Part shown: positions 38,350 to 47,929 of the stretch, in pieces
Numbering within the stretch: the first letter of the stretch is position 1
How the letters are laid out: each line of letters starts with the position of its first letter
IMG/VR virus record: IMGVR_UViG_3300032307_000705
Location: 1 to 64,000 of that record
From: a virus
Length of the DNA: 64,000 bases
Direction: 5' to 3' (one strand)
The notes under the pieces: model-generated
Database searches by the model: none
Seen by the model: only the letters and a program-made list of their open reading frames with translations
Told to the model about the DNA's origin: nothing
Program-made: the position numbers and the translations under genes

Positions 38350-40731
38350 ATGAAATGGGATTTATTCAATCCATATCCAACTTACAACTATTCAAATATG
38401 CCAACTAATTTAGATGTATCTACATTAGAAACCCCTTACATTCAGGTAATTTGGGAAGACACACCCGAAAACTTTACTCAGGAAAGAATTAAGTCTGTGA
38501 AGCAGTACTTTATGAAAAAGTATTATTCAACAAACATTAATGTGATTACCAAAGTGAAGACATCGGATGAAGACTCCATGCAGACCATTGATGTTTCAGT
38601 GAACATCATGGATAAGAATTATCAGACAGAGTTGGTAAAAACTTATTTGGAATCCAAAGGTCAAGAACAATATTTCGACCAACTAATGAACATCGACCTT
38701 GCGGTTGAAAACAGAATGTTGGCAAACGAAGTTGAGGTAACTCCATTCAAAAGATGGTATATCAAAAAAATTGAGTTCGATAACTTCTTATCTTATGGAC
38801 AGAATCAAGTAATTGATTTTGACAAGTGTAATGGGATTACTGTAGTTGAATCGGATCCACCAAACTTTGGAGGGAAGACGGTATTAACCGTTGACCTTCT
38901 ATTGTTTTTGTTCTTCAACACAACAACCAAAACTCAAAAGGCTGAAGAAATCTTCAACAGATTTACTGATGTAAACAAAGTTAGTGTTAAGGGTGACATC
39001 ACAATCGATGGTGAAGACTATGTGATTGTTCGTCAGATTGAAAGAAAGAAGTCCAAGGCGGGTGAATGGAACATTAAGACTGAACTTGAGTTCTTTAAGA
39101 AACTTGCTGATGGTCAACTTCAAAACTTCACTGGTGAACAAAGACGTGAGACAGAAAACTTCATGAAGAAATCCATCGGAAGTATGGAAGACTTTTTGAT
39201 GACCATTGTTACAACTGCATCCAATCTTGAAGACTTGTTGGATGCAAAACCAACTGCTCGTGGACAGGTATTGACTCGATTCTTGGGATTAGAATTTCTT
39301 AAGAAAAAGGAAGAGACTGGCAAAGAACTTTATTCAGAGTTCTCCAAAGGAATGATTTCTAATGTGTATAACACAGAGTCTCTTAAACAGGATAATGAGA
39401 CCTCTGGTGAGGAGATTATCCGAATGAAGGATGAGATTATCGAGATGTCCAAAAACATCTCAGATGTCGACAAAAGACTTCAGAAGGGACAGGATTATAA
39501 AGATAATTTGTTGAAATCCAAATTCACTGATTTGGATAAGGAACTCATTACCTTGAATCCATTGTTATTACAATCTTCAATAAGCAACTTAGAGGACTCA
39601 AAACAAAAGACCGAACAGGACATCAAGAATATTAAGATAGTTGAACCCAAAGAATTTTATCATGAGGATAAACATGATAACGTAAAAGAGGTTATCAAAT
39701 CAAGATTCGCTGAACTTGTTACTTGCGAGAATAAAGTTGAGGAAATTCAAGACCTTATCGAAAAGTATGGTGACGGAATTCAATGTGACCACTGTGGTAT
39801 CAAATTGATGGAAGCTAAATTGACCAACGAGAAAATTAAACAACTCGATTCATTCAAAAGACTTGTTCAGGACTTCAAAGAAGAAATTGATGGGTACGAA
39901 AAGAAAGAACAATCCTTTACACAACTCAAAAAAGATTTTGATGAATATGAGAGAAATAAGCTCATAAAAGAAAAATATGAGTTATCTTTGGAATCCACTC
40001 AACTCAAATTGGAGCAAGTTAAAGATAAACTCAAAAGATATGAGGAAGTCCAAGACAAAATTAAGAAGAACAATGAGATTGATGCTCAGTTGTTAAAGGC
40101 TGGATTACGTATTGACGAATTGATTAATGAGAAGAGAGGATATGAAAAGGTTCAAAATACAAACTCAACTCGTATTGAAACTATTGAATCAAGAATCGAA
40201 AAGAATAAAGACCTCATCTCGAAAATTGCTGAAGAGTTTGAAAGAGAAAAGATTTATAAAATCTATGTTGAAGTTTATGGTAAGAATGGTATCACCAAAA
40301 TGATTATGAAAACCATGATGCCGTTAATCAATTCAGAACTTCAGAGACTCTTACAAGATTCTGCTTACTTCAATTTGGAGATTCGTATCAATGACAAGAA
40401 TGAGGTGGAGTTCATGATGATTGATAATTCAACTGGTATTGAAAAACTGATGGTCTCAGGATCTGGTTATGAACGAACAATTGCTGCGATGGCGTTAAGA
40501 GCGGTGTTGTCTAAAGTATGTTCATTACCAAAACCAAATATCATAGTTTGGGACGAAGTTTTTGGTAAAATTTCCAATGACAATTTGGAAATGGTTGGAG
40601 AATTTTTTACCAAAATGAAAGAATATTTTGAAAAGATATTCGTTATTACCCACAATCCTTTAGTGAATAACTGGGCGAACAACACCGTCAGAATTAATAA
40701 AATAGACAATATATCAAAAGTAACACAATAA
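38350..40731 (+). CDS. Rad50/SbcC-like ATPase (gp46-like) with an N-terminal extension
   Basis: FDNFLSYG, NFGGKT Walker A, coiled coil, CDHC Zn hook, SGYE signature, IVWDE Walker B, VITH. Confidence 0.88.
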   Translation: MKWDLFNPYPTYNYSNMPTNLDVSTLETPYIQVIWEDTPENFTQERIKSVKQYFMKKYYSTNINVITKVKTSDEDSMQTIDVSVNIMDKNYQTELVKTYLESKGQEQYFDQLMNIDLAVENRMLANEVEVTPFKRWYIKKIEFDNFLSYGQNQVIDFDKCNGITVVESDPPNFGGKTVLTVDLLLFLFFNTTTKTQKAEEIFNRFTDVNKVSVKGDITIDGEDYVIVRQIERKKSKAGEWNIKTELEFFKKLADGQLQNFTGEQRRETENFMKKSIGSMEDFLMTIVTTASNLEDLLDAKPTARGQVLTRFLGLEFLKKKEETGKELYSEFSKGMISNVYNTESLKQDNETSGEEIIRMKDEIIEMSKNISDVDKRLQKGQDYKDNLLKSKFTDLDKELITLNPLLLQSSISNLEDSKQKTEQDIKNIKIVEPKEFYHEDKHDNVKEVIKSRFAELVTCENKVEEIQDLIEKYGDGIQCDHCGIKLMEAKLTNEKIKQLDSFKRLVQDFKEEIDGYEKKEQSFTQLKKDFDEYERNKLIKEKYELSLESTQLKLEQVKDKLKRYEEVQDKIKKNNEIDAQLLKAGLRIDELINEKRGYEKVQNTNSTRIETIESRIEKNKDLISKIAEEFEREKIYKIYVEVYGKNGITKMIMKTMMPLINSELQRLLQDSAYFNLEIRINDKNEVEFMMIDNSTGIEKLMVSGSGYERTIAAMALRAVLSKVCSLPKPNIIVWDEVFGKISNDNLEMVGEFFTKMKEYFEKIFVITHNPLVNNWANNTVRINKIDNISKVTQ

Positions 40732-40735
40732 AAAT

Positions 40736-41329
40736 ATGAGTGCAATTAAAGAATACATTAAAGAGTTATTATCCCAAAACTTAGTTGATTTTGAATTAGT
40801 TGATGGGGGAATGCAAAGAACTGTTGGTGATTTAATTGAAAACAAAATCAGTGATATATTGTTCAATTCTAATAGTGAATTGATTACAGAGAAACGGGAA
40901 CCAAGAAGTAAAAAGTCAATCGAAGATGTTACACTTGTGTCAGATGGGGTTTTATACTACATCGACCCTAAGACTCATGATACAAATTCTGATTTTTCAA
41001 TGCCGAATCTTACGTCGATAGATAAGATTAAGAAATTATTTTCCTCTGATGAACAGGAACTAATCTATGTCTTTGTAAGTTATGGATTGGATAACGGAAT
41101 GGTAGTTATTAGCGACATCAAAGTATTCTTTATTTGGGAATTGGATATTTCAATATTAGGTATTGGGGCGTTAGGTAAAGGTCAACTTCAAATAAAAAAC
41201 GCAAACAATGAACTTGTTTTTACAAACAAAGGAAAAGAGGAATGGTTTGAGGACTTTAAGAAATTGGTACAGGAGTATTTGAAAAAACAAATTACCAAGA
41301 CAAACAAACAAATTTCTGAGTGGGTGTAA
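40736..41329 (+). CDS. putative type II restriction endonuclease-like PD-(D/E)XK protein
   Basis: R.VGD.IE, ED.......YIDPKT, PNL.S, GQLQ. Confidence 0.5.
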   Translation: MSAIKEYIKELLSQNLVDFELVDGGMQRTVGDLIENKISDILFNSNSELITEKREPRSKKSIEDVTLVSDGVLYYIDPKTHDTNSDFSMPNLTSIDKIKKLFSSDEQELIYVFVSYGLDNGMVVISDIKVFFIWELDISILGIGALGKGQLQIKNANNELVFTNKGKEEWFEDFKKLVQEYLKKQITKTNKQISEWV

Positions 41330-41348
41330 ATAATTGAAATCTTTCACA

Positions 41349-41356
41349 TATCTTTG
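41349..41356 (+). promoter_or_regulatory. Bacteroidota -7 element TATCTTTG
   Basis: 5 nt before the ATG at 41362. Confidence 0.6.
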
Positions 41357-41361
41357 TCTTT

Positions 41362-41835
41362 ATGAAGAGAACATTAAACCAAAATCAATTATCTAACATC
41401 GAAGAAACCTTGGAAGACTTCAAGGTATTGTTGGCACGTTATCGAAATATTAAAGGTGATGAGAACAAATTAAGACAATTCTTTGTCAGAAATAGAAATC
41501 CGATTTGGGATATTACCAACTGTAAATTTTTTAAGACAGGGTTAATGTCAGAGTCTGCAAAAAATATGACGTTAACACAATTGGTGGATGACCACTTCAT
41601 TCAAAGAAGTAAAGCAATGAGATTTATCTTTTCTGAGTTGGATAAAGACGAGAACATGGGATTGGATAGGTTCATTGGGTTATTAAAAAAATATTGTTCT
41701 ACAGTAAAGTTATCGAAAGAGGAACATTCTAAGGTTACAGTTGTTGCGAAACAAAATCCAACTTATTTGAATTACGAAAGTTATTTGGCGTGTAAGATTC
41801 AAATAGATGGATTATCTGATTTAATGTTGAGCTAA
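41362..41835 (+). CDS. hypothetical protein
   Basis: 157-aa ORF with its own promoter motif. Confidence 0.6.
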   Translation: MKRTLNQNQLSNIEETLEDFKVLLARYRNIKGDENKLRQFFVRNRNPIWDITNCKFFKTGLMSESAKNMTLTQLVDDHFIQRSKAMRFIFSELDKDENMGLDRFIGLLKKYCSTVKLSKEEHSKVTVVAKQNPTYLNYESYLACKIQIDGLSDLMLS

Positions 41836-41850
41836 TATCAAATTAATTCA

Positions 41851-41858
41851 TATCTTTG
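41851..41858 (+). promoter_or_regulatory. Bacteroidota -7 element TATCTTTG
   Basis: 4 nt before the ATG at 41863. Confidence 0.6.
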
Positions 41859-41862
41859 TGGT

Positions 41863-42363
41863 ATGCAAACATTCCTACCATACGCGGATTTAACCGAATC
41901 ACTCAGAGTCCTTGATAATAAGAGACTTGGCAAACAACGAGTTGAAACCTATCAAATTATCAGTGCAATCACTGGCAGATTAAAGCTGGATGGTACCCCC
42001 TACAAAGGGTGGATTAACCATCCATGCTCTGTTATGTGGAGAAACCATGTTCCACTCCTTAAGATGTACTTGAACGCAAGTATAGATGAGTGGGTTAGTC
42101 GTGGATTCAAGAACACAATGGATAAGGAGGATATCGATGAGGAGGTGACTTATCCTGATTGGTTCGGTAATCAAAAGTTTCATGACTCACACAAATCCAA
42201 TCTATTAAAAAAAGACTTCGACTTCTATTCTCAATATAGATGGAGTGTTGACCCAACCAATCCTTACGTTTGGAAAGATAAAGAAGGTAAGTGGTACGAG
42301 CAACATTCGGGAACTAAAGGAAGAGTATATTTTGTTAGTAATATTAAATCAGTATCTTTGTAA
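41863..42363 (+). CDS. pyrimidine dimer DNA glycosylase-like (MSMEG_6728-type)
   Basis: MQTFLPY..LD.KRLGKQRVE..QI, GW.NHP...MW, H.SH.SNLL.KD. Confidence 0.8.
   Translation: MQTFLPYADLTESLRVLDNKRLGKQRVETYQIISAITGRLKLDGTPYKGWINHPCSVMWRNHVPLLKMYLNASIDEWVSRGFKNTMDKEDIDEEVTYPDWFGNQKFHDSHKSNLLKKDFDFYSQYRWSVDPTNPYVWKDKEGKWYEQHSGTKGRVYFVSNIKSVSL
42353..42360 (+). promoter_or_regulatory. Bacteroidota -7 element TATCTTTG with TTTG at 42331
   Basis: Consensus match upstream of 42378. Confidence 0.55.
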
Positions 42364-42377
42364 AAAAAATCAAACAC

Positions 42378-42950
42378 ATGAAAAACTATTTAGCCACAGT
42401 TATCGGTAATTTCATCACAGACGAAAGTTGTAATCAACTAGTAATGGCAGTCGCGCCATTGGTGGATTCACCAAACATGAAGTATCAATTCGGAGGAGGA
42501 ATTGTAATGATGTATTTCGCAACAGATGTTCCCAAAGACGAAATCTTTGAATATATCACTGGACTTATCCATGTTGATAGTGAAATACTAATTTTGACAG
42601 AAGTATCTGACAAAGTGTCAGTTCACGTTCCTTATGAAAAGTCTGGTCATTTATTTGATTTGGATAATCCTGGTCAAAATAATGACTATTCAATCGACAT
42701 GAAAGGTGTTGTTGAGAATACTGATTTGTATAGTGACTATGATGAGGATGATATCGACATCAGTTTTTCAAATGAAATGATTCTTCCAAACGAATTACAT
42801 TCAGAGATTAAGTCTAAGATTTCACAATGGATGGGTACTCCAGCAACTAAAACAACTTTGGATTCCATCTTGGATAAGATTAATGTCTTAGGAATGGACT
42901 CACTTACTAAACACGAATTAACTCTACTTCAAAACTACAGTAATAGCTAA
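42378..42950 (+). CDS. hypothetical protein
   Basis: C-terminal LD.ILDKI...G..SLT..E motif. Confidence 0.6.
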   Translation: MKNYLATVIGNFITDESCNQLVMAVAPLVDSPNMKYQFGGGIVMMYFATDVPKDEIFEYITGLIHVDSEILILTEVSDKVSVHVPYEKSGHLFDLDNPGQNNDYSIDMKGVVENTDLYSDYDEDDIDISFSNEMILPNELHSEIKSKISQWMGTPATKTTLDSILDKINVLGMDSLTKHELTLLQNYSNS

Positions 42951-42951
42951 T

Positions 42952-43749
42952 ATGAAAGAAAAATCTTCAATTCCCATCAACCAAGAAGAGATAAGTCATT
43001 ATCTAAAAGACATCAGAAAGATTAGGGTCATGACTCCTGAGAGGGAGCGTGAACTTGCTGAAAGAATGTTATCAGGGTTTATTACTGAAGAAGAGAAGAA
43101 AGAAATCCAAAAAGAATTATTGGAAGGTAACTTACGTTTCGTTATCACCGTATCGAAACAATATCAGAATCAAGGTTTGGATTTGTGTGACTTGATTGCT
43201 GAAGGTAATCTTGGATTGATGAAGGCGATTGAAAACTTTGATTGGACAAAAAGATTAAGATTCATCTCTTATGCGGTATGGTGGGTTAGACAATCTATTT
43301 TGCAATCTTTGAATGAGAATGCAAGAACTATTCGTCTACCAGTCAATGTAGTTCAAGAACTTCATAAGGCTAAGAAAGAACTTGAAAAGGCTGGTGTTGA
43401 ATTACCTGAAAAGATGGTGAATCTACCTTATACCATTAACTTGGACAATCCACTTAATGAAGAAGGTGATACATTGTTGGATATTTTGGTAAACCCAAAT
43501 GCTGATTTGGCGGACAAAAACTTATCTACAGAAGACACTTTGAAAGAAAAACTTTTGAATATGTTGGATGTTTTGGACGAGAGAGAAAAGGTTATTATCG
43601 AAGATTATTTTGGGTTATCTGGTTCAACAAGAACCCTTGAGGACATTGGAACTGACTTCGATTTAACCAAAGAAAGGGTTAGACAAATCAAAGAAAAGGC
43701 TTTGAGAAAGTTACGAAACGAAACAGGTATTCTCTTCGACTATCTGTAA
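42952..43749 (+). CDS. RNA polymerase sigma-70 factor, Bacteroidota RpoD-like
   Basis: NLRFVITVSKQYQNQGL...DLI.EGNLGLMKA..FD...RFISYAVWWVRQSI; region 4 TLEDIG..F.LTKERVRQIKEKAL.KLR; no region 1.1. Confidence 0.92.
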   Translation: MKEKSSIPINQEEISHYLKDIRKIRVMTPERERELAERMLSGFITEEEKKEIQKELLEGNLRFVITVSKQYQNQGLDLCDLIAEGNLGLMKAIENFDWTKRLRFISYAVWWVRQSILQSLNENARTIRLPVNVVQELHKAKKELEKAGVELPEKMVNLPYTINLDNPLNEEGDTLLDILVNPNADLADKNLSTEDTLKEKLLNMLDVLDEREKVIIEDYFGLSGSTRTLEDIGTDFDLTKERVRQIKEKALRKLRNETGILFDYL

Positions 43750-43761
43750 TTTAGAATAAAG

Positions 43762-43786
43762 GGTGTATTTATTTAATACACCTTTT
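43762..43786 (+). terminator. hairpin terminator overlapping a TATTTATT late-promoter motif
   Basis: GGTGTATT-TATTT-AATACACC + TTTT; TATTTATT at 43766-43773. Confidence 0.6.
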
Positions 43787-43818
43787 ATATTTTAAGGATA
43801 AATCAAAATAAAATTGTT

Positions 43819-44106
43819 ATGAAAAAATTTATTGAAAACAACTTTGTTATAATCGTTTTGGTAATCACCTTGCTCACATTATTCAAGTCCTGTGGTGATT
43901 CAAGAGAGTTAACCAAAGTAAGACAAGAGATTACCGCAATCAAAGACTCAACATATACCAAACAAGAATTAAACATTGAACTACAAATCTCAGGATTGGA
44001 AGCGGAAAAAAGAATGATTCAGGCTACCGATAGAAAATTATTTGATGTCAGAAGACAAACTGAAATCGAAGATGAGATAAAGAAACTTAAATCACAGAGA
44101 AAATGA
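43819..44106 (+). CDS. membrane-anchored coiled-coil protein
   Basis: N-terminal TM ending KSCG, then coiled coil. Confidence 0.6.
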   Translation: MKKFIENNFVIIVLVITLLTLFKSCGDSRELTKVRQEITAIKDSTYTKQELNIELQISGLEAEKRMIQATDRKLFDVRRQTEIEDEIKKLKSQRK

Positions 44107-44813
44107 ATTGGGTTCAGAAGAATTTCAAGGCGATAATTTATATCTCATTTTTAGTTCCAATCTTAACCGTTGCATTTGTATCCATATCTCACGTAACTTC
44201 TTGGTATGGATTATCAAATCCATTAAGTTGGGCAATTTATTTGTCAGTGGGTATTGAAATCGCGGCACTTTCTGCATTGGCGGCAATCTCAGCACAGATG
44301 GGATCTAAGGTATATTTCCCATTCGGTATTGTGACACTTATTCAATTCATAGGAAATATTTTCTTTGCCTATCAATACATTGATGTTGATTCACAATCAT
44401 TTAAGGATTGGGTTGATTTAGTTGACCCTTTTGTTAGTTATTTGGGTGTTGAATCTGGTGATTTTGTTGGTCATAAAAGATTTTTGGCTTTGTTTGCTGG
44501 AGGTATGTTACCAATAATTTCTCTTTCATTCTTGCACATGTTAGTTAAGTTTGAAGAAGAGGAAAAGAAAAAAACACCAACACCACAACCTCAAGTTTTG
44601 GATATTGACCAATTAAGTATTCAGGCTGGCAAAATGGAGGCGGAAGTTGATAAAGAAAAATATACACCGACTCAAGAAGAATTGGAAAAGTTGGAGAATG
44701 AATTAAGAAAACTGAATGAACAAAAATTTGGAGTTTTAGAAAATGAACTCCAAGAAGAATCAAATTCTGATTCTGAAGTTAAAAGGCTCAGTTATTTGAG
44801 AAGTCATGGTTAA
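44103..44813 (+). CDS. multi-TM membrane protein (DUF2637-like; holin candidate)
   Basis: About 4 TM helices (S.SH, S.GIE, GN, LP...L) directly upstream of the amidase-like gene. Confidence 0.55.
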   Translation: MNWVQKNFKAIIYISFLVPILTVAFVSISHVTSWYGLSNPLSWAIYLSVGIEIAALSALAAISAQMGSKVYFPFGIVTLIQFIGNIFFAYQYIDVDSQSFKDWVDLVDPFVSYLGVESGDFVGHKRFLALFAGGMLPIISLSFLHMLVKFEEEEKKKTPTPQPQVLDIDQLSIQAGKMEAEVDKEKYTPTQEELEKLENELRKLNEQKFGVLENELQEESNSDSEVKRLSYLRSHG

Positions 44814-45411
44814 TATTGAAAGATACGGAAAATTCAAACCAACAGGAAAATACAAACAAAAGACGCAAATAATTTTGTGTCATACTTCAAGGGAAGTCGA
44901 GGAATACTTGGCTTCCCTTACGTTTAGATACAACACCAAATACGATAAAATACCAAACTATGTTGTGACTCGAGATGGAAGGGTATTACAATTATTGTCC
45001 AATGAAGGATATAGTAATTTCTTTAACGATGTAATAACAAACAAACTTTCGATAGTTGTGAGTTTGGAGAATTTGGGATGGTTGGAAAAGAAACCATTAT
45101 CTAACCATTATATTAACTGGAAAGGAAGTATTTATAATCAACAGGTTTACGAAAAAAAATGGAGAGACTATTATTTTTGGCAACCTTACACTCCTGAGCA
45201 AATTCAAACAACTGCTGAGCTGTGTAAGTATTTGACAGATACTCTTCAGATTGAAAAGACGTGTGTAGGTCATAACACGAAAGTGGATGGTATAGAAAAC
45301 TTCGAGGGTATTTGCTCGAGAAGTAACTACGACTCCACATTCACAGACTTAAGCCCATCATTCAATTTCGAAACCTTTATTAAATTTTTGGAAAATGAGC
45401 AATTTGCATAA
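44806..45411 (+). CDS. N-acetylmuramoyl-L-alanine amidase-like protein (Amidase_2 fold, atypical metal ligands)
   Basis: QIILCHT, Y.V.RDG.V.QL, SI.V.LEN.GW, YT.EQ....L, TDLSP. Confidence 0.65.
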   Translation: MVNIERYGKFKPTGKYKQKTQIILCHTSREVEEYLASLTFRYNTKYDKIPNYVVTRDGRVLQLLSNEGYSNFFNDVITNKLSIVVSLENLGWLEKKPLSNHYINWKGSIYNQQVYEKKWRDYYFWQPYTPEQIQTTAELCKYLTDTLQIEKTCVGHNTKVDGIENFEGICSRSNYDSTFTDLSPSFNFETFIKFLENEQFA

Positions 45412-45967
45412 CGAAAGGTACGACGAGATTAAATCTCTATTAAAGAAGTCTAAATTACTCTTTGAGCAAGACGGACAAATAAACGTTGCTAAAGATGTTG
45501 AGAGTAGAATCCAACAGGATGTTGAGTATGATACTGCTGAGACTGAGGTTGATGCTGGTGAAGAACCAACTCCAAAAGATAAGTCCCAAAAATACAGAAT
45601 TTCTGGAGGTATCTTGAAACTTCACGGTAAAGATAGAAGTGATTTGGATATCACCACAGATGAGAAAGTTGCTTTCCAAGAGACTATGGACGAATTCGTT
45701 GAGGAGGTTTCTGACTTGGTTGATTTCAACACATTGAATGTATATAAAAATAGTGTTGAGTGGTCGGGAAAACTTATTGACGAGGACATTGACTTCATTT
45801 TTACAATCGGAGAAGACAGTGGAATCTATATCAACGGAGAAATGATTAAAGTTGACCAAGAGTTCTTGGATATGATTAATAAACTTCAACAATTCTATCA
45901 AAAGTTTAAGTCCAAGTGGGGTAAAGTTTTGGCGAATAGAAAAAAGACAGCAGAATCACCAGTTTAA
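45395..45967 (+). CDS. acidic hypothetical protein (putative head protein)
   Basis: N-terminal IKSLLKK..LLFEQ. Confidence 0.6.
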   Translation: MSNLHNERYDEIKSLLKKSKLLFEQDGQINVAKDVESRIQQDVEYDTAETEVDAGEEPTPKDKSQKYRISGGILKLHGKDRSDLDITTDEKVAFQETMDEFVEEVSDLVDFNTLNVYKNSVEWSGKLIDEDIDFIFTIGEDSGIYINGEMIKVDQEFLDMINKLQQFYQKFKSKWGKVLANRKKTAESPV

Positions 45968-45968
45968 G

Positions 45969-46319
45969 ATGAGAGAGAAAATAATCAATAACAGACAAGA
46001 CATATTACTTGCAATAGTAATGGTGTTAGCGTTATGGAATATTTTTAATACAAATGGGATTAAAACAGATGTGAAATCCTATAAAGAAAAGATTGAGAAT
46101 ATTCAAGTTGAAATTGATTCAGCTCAATCTGTCAACAAAGAGATGGATGAAAAAGTTTTGGTAATAAAAGAAACAGTAAATTCTATTACCAACGAAATTC
46201 ATGAAATCGATAACAATATAGAAATGGTAAAAGAACAAACTGATGAAAAAGTTATTAGTGTTGGTTTTATTGGTAATGATGAGCTCGAGAAGCTTTTCGC
46301 AGACCGTTATTCAAACTGA
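45969..46319 (+). CDS. N-terminal TM coiled-coil protein (i-spanin-like)
   Basis: Single TM then coiled coil; overlaps the next gene. Confidence 0.5.
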   Translation: MREKIINNRQDILLAIVMVLALWNIFNTNGIKTDVKSYKEKIENIQVEIDSAQSVNKEMDEKVLVIKETVNSITNEIHEIDNNIEMVKEQTDEKVISVGFIGNDELEKLFADRYSN

Positions 46320-46668
46320 AACAACAGATTCTTCCAAAGTAGTATTAAGTGTTAGAGTTGCTAGATTGGTCTATCAAGATTTGTTAAAATATGATGGATT
46401 GAAGGAAGAGATGGGATTTATGAAACTTAAACTTCAAAAAGTAGAGGAAAGAGAGTTTCAAAAAGATAATATCATTACTATTTTGACACAAAAAGATGAG
46501 AACAATCAGTTCATCATTGGAAAAAAAGATGAACAACTTAAACTATCCAAAGAATTAACGGATAGTTTACATAAAGAATTAAAAGGTCAAAGAGCCCAAA
46601 CATTCCTATGGAAAGTTGGGACTTTTGTTGGCTTGGGATTAACATCGTTTTTATTAATAGGTAACTAA
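46243..46668 (+). CDS. signal-peptide coiled-coil protein with C-terminal TM (spanin-like partner)
   Basis: MKKLLVLVLL..SFSQ signal peptide; C-terminal hydrophobic helix; 77-nt overlap with 45969. Confidence 0.5.
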   Translation: MKKLLVLVLLVMMSSRSFSQTVIQTETTDSSKVVLSVRVARLVYQDLLKYDGLKEEMGFMKLKLQKVEEREFQKDNIITILTQKDENNQFIIGKKDEQLKLSKELTDSLHKELKGQRAQTFLWKVGTFVGLGLTSFLLIGN

Positions 46669-46913
46669 TGGCACTCACAAGTTCAGAAGCTAAAGAAATA
46701 GAAGTTATGATTCGTAAAGAAATAAAATCCTTTATGAATAATAACACTATCAAACAATTTGAAGACCAATTGATGGACAGAATTCAAAAAGAAATAAAAA
46801 GAGGGAAGCTCGAAGGAGAAGTCAAAGACATTACTCTAAGAATGTTCCGAGAATTCTACCAATTCATGTGGATGAATAGAAGTTATTGGGAGCCAAGGCT
46901 TAAGAATGCCTAA
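46668..46913 (+). CDS. hypothetical protein
   Basis: TAATG coupling with the upstream gene. Confidence 0.6.
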   Translation: MALTSSEAKEIEVMIRKEIKSFMNNNTIKQFEDQLMDRIQKEIKRGKLEGEVKDITLRMFREFYQFMWMNRSYWEPRLKNA

Positions 46914-46924
46914 AAATAAATGAA

Positions 46925-47902
46925 ATGAAAAGTTCAGCAGATTTATTCAAGAATAGTTTAGATAAAGCGTTTTCGCAGATAAGTCTGAACTCATCAACAT
47001 TACAAGATCATATGAAATACAAACAAGGATTCACAGAGGAAAATTTAGAAGGTGGTATCGCTGACAAAAAAACCGTTGAAGACATTGCAAAAAAATATAA
47101 GTTAGATGTTGAAGTCATCAATAAACACTTGAATGATGGGATAAAAGTTGAAATGGAACATACCAATCTGAAAACTAAGGCAAAAGAAATTGCCATGGAC
47201 CATTTATTTGAAGACCCTAATTATTACACAAAATTAAAAAAAATGGAAGCAAAAGAATCTAAAGATTTGAAATTAAGTAAAAATGATAATGAGATGGTAC
47301 GTGGTATCGTTGATATCATTAATCAAGTCAAAGATGTTGAAAATAAAAAACAGATTGCTCGAAACATGGTTAAACAATTCAAAAAGGAAAACATTGAAGT
47401 CGACACCAATGAATTTTTGAAGATGTGTAAGTTGAATGGTATGAAGAAAGAGGAAAATAACGAGGCGACAGGTTCTGGATCATCAGGAGCATATGTTGGG
47501 CCAGTATTTGGTGGTGATGATGAGTTTTGGGAAAGAAGTAGAAGTGAGACACCTAAATTGAAGGAAAGTGATGTGGAAAAGGTTGAAGCAAAAGAAGCGA
47601 CGACAACAGGATCTTCAGGAGGATATGAGACACCGGCAATGTGGGCAAAGTCTACAAAGAAAAAAGATTGGGGACCAAGTAGAAAAACTCAATACAAAGG
47701 TGGATCGTTTGTAAAGATTAAGAAGAAATGTACAACATTCCCATATTGTAATCAGGGTGATATCACAAACTTGAAACTAAGTAAAAATGAATCAGTTAAA
47801 GAAGCAATTAAGAATGTTGCGAGTAAATTGAATATTGATGAATCTCTTATTATAACTATTTTGGAACATGAGTACCAAATGAAGAATAAAAGGAACAAAT
47901 AA
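46925..47902 (+). CDS. putative head-internal protein with DUF5661-like domain
   Basis: GIKVEMEHT...A.EIAMDHL.EDP.YYTKL..ME; duplicated EATxxGSSG.Y..P; C.TFPYCNQG. Confidence 0.6.
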   Translation: MKSSADLFKNSLDKAFSQISLNSSTLQDHMKYKQGFTEENLEGGIADKKTVEDIAKKYKLDVEVINKHLNDGIKVEMEHTNLKTKAKEIAMDHLFEDPNYYTKLKKMEAKESKDLKLSKNDNEMVRGIVDIINQVKDVENKKQIARNMVKQFKKENIEVDTNEFLKMCKLNGMKKEENNEATGSGSSGAYVGPVFGGDDEFWERSRSETPKLKESDVEKVEAKEATTTGSSGGYETPAMWAKSTKKKDWGPSRKTQYKGGSFVKIKKKCTTFPYCNQGDITNLKLSKNESVKEAIKNVASKLNIDESLIITILEHEYQMKNKRNK

Positions 47903-47905
47903 AGA

Positions 47906-47913
47906 TATTTATT
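47906..47913 (+). promoter_or_regulatory. putative late promoter TATTTATT
   Basis: Recurrent motif before 47930. Confidence 0.5.
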
Positions 47914-47929
47914 ATAAAAAATAAAAACA

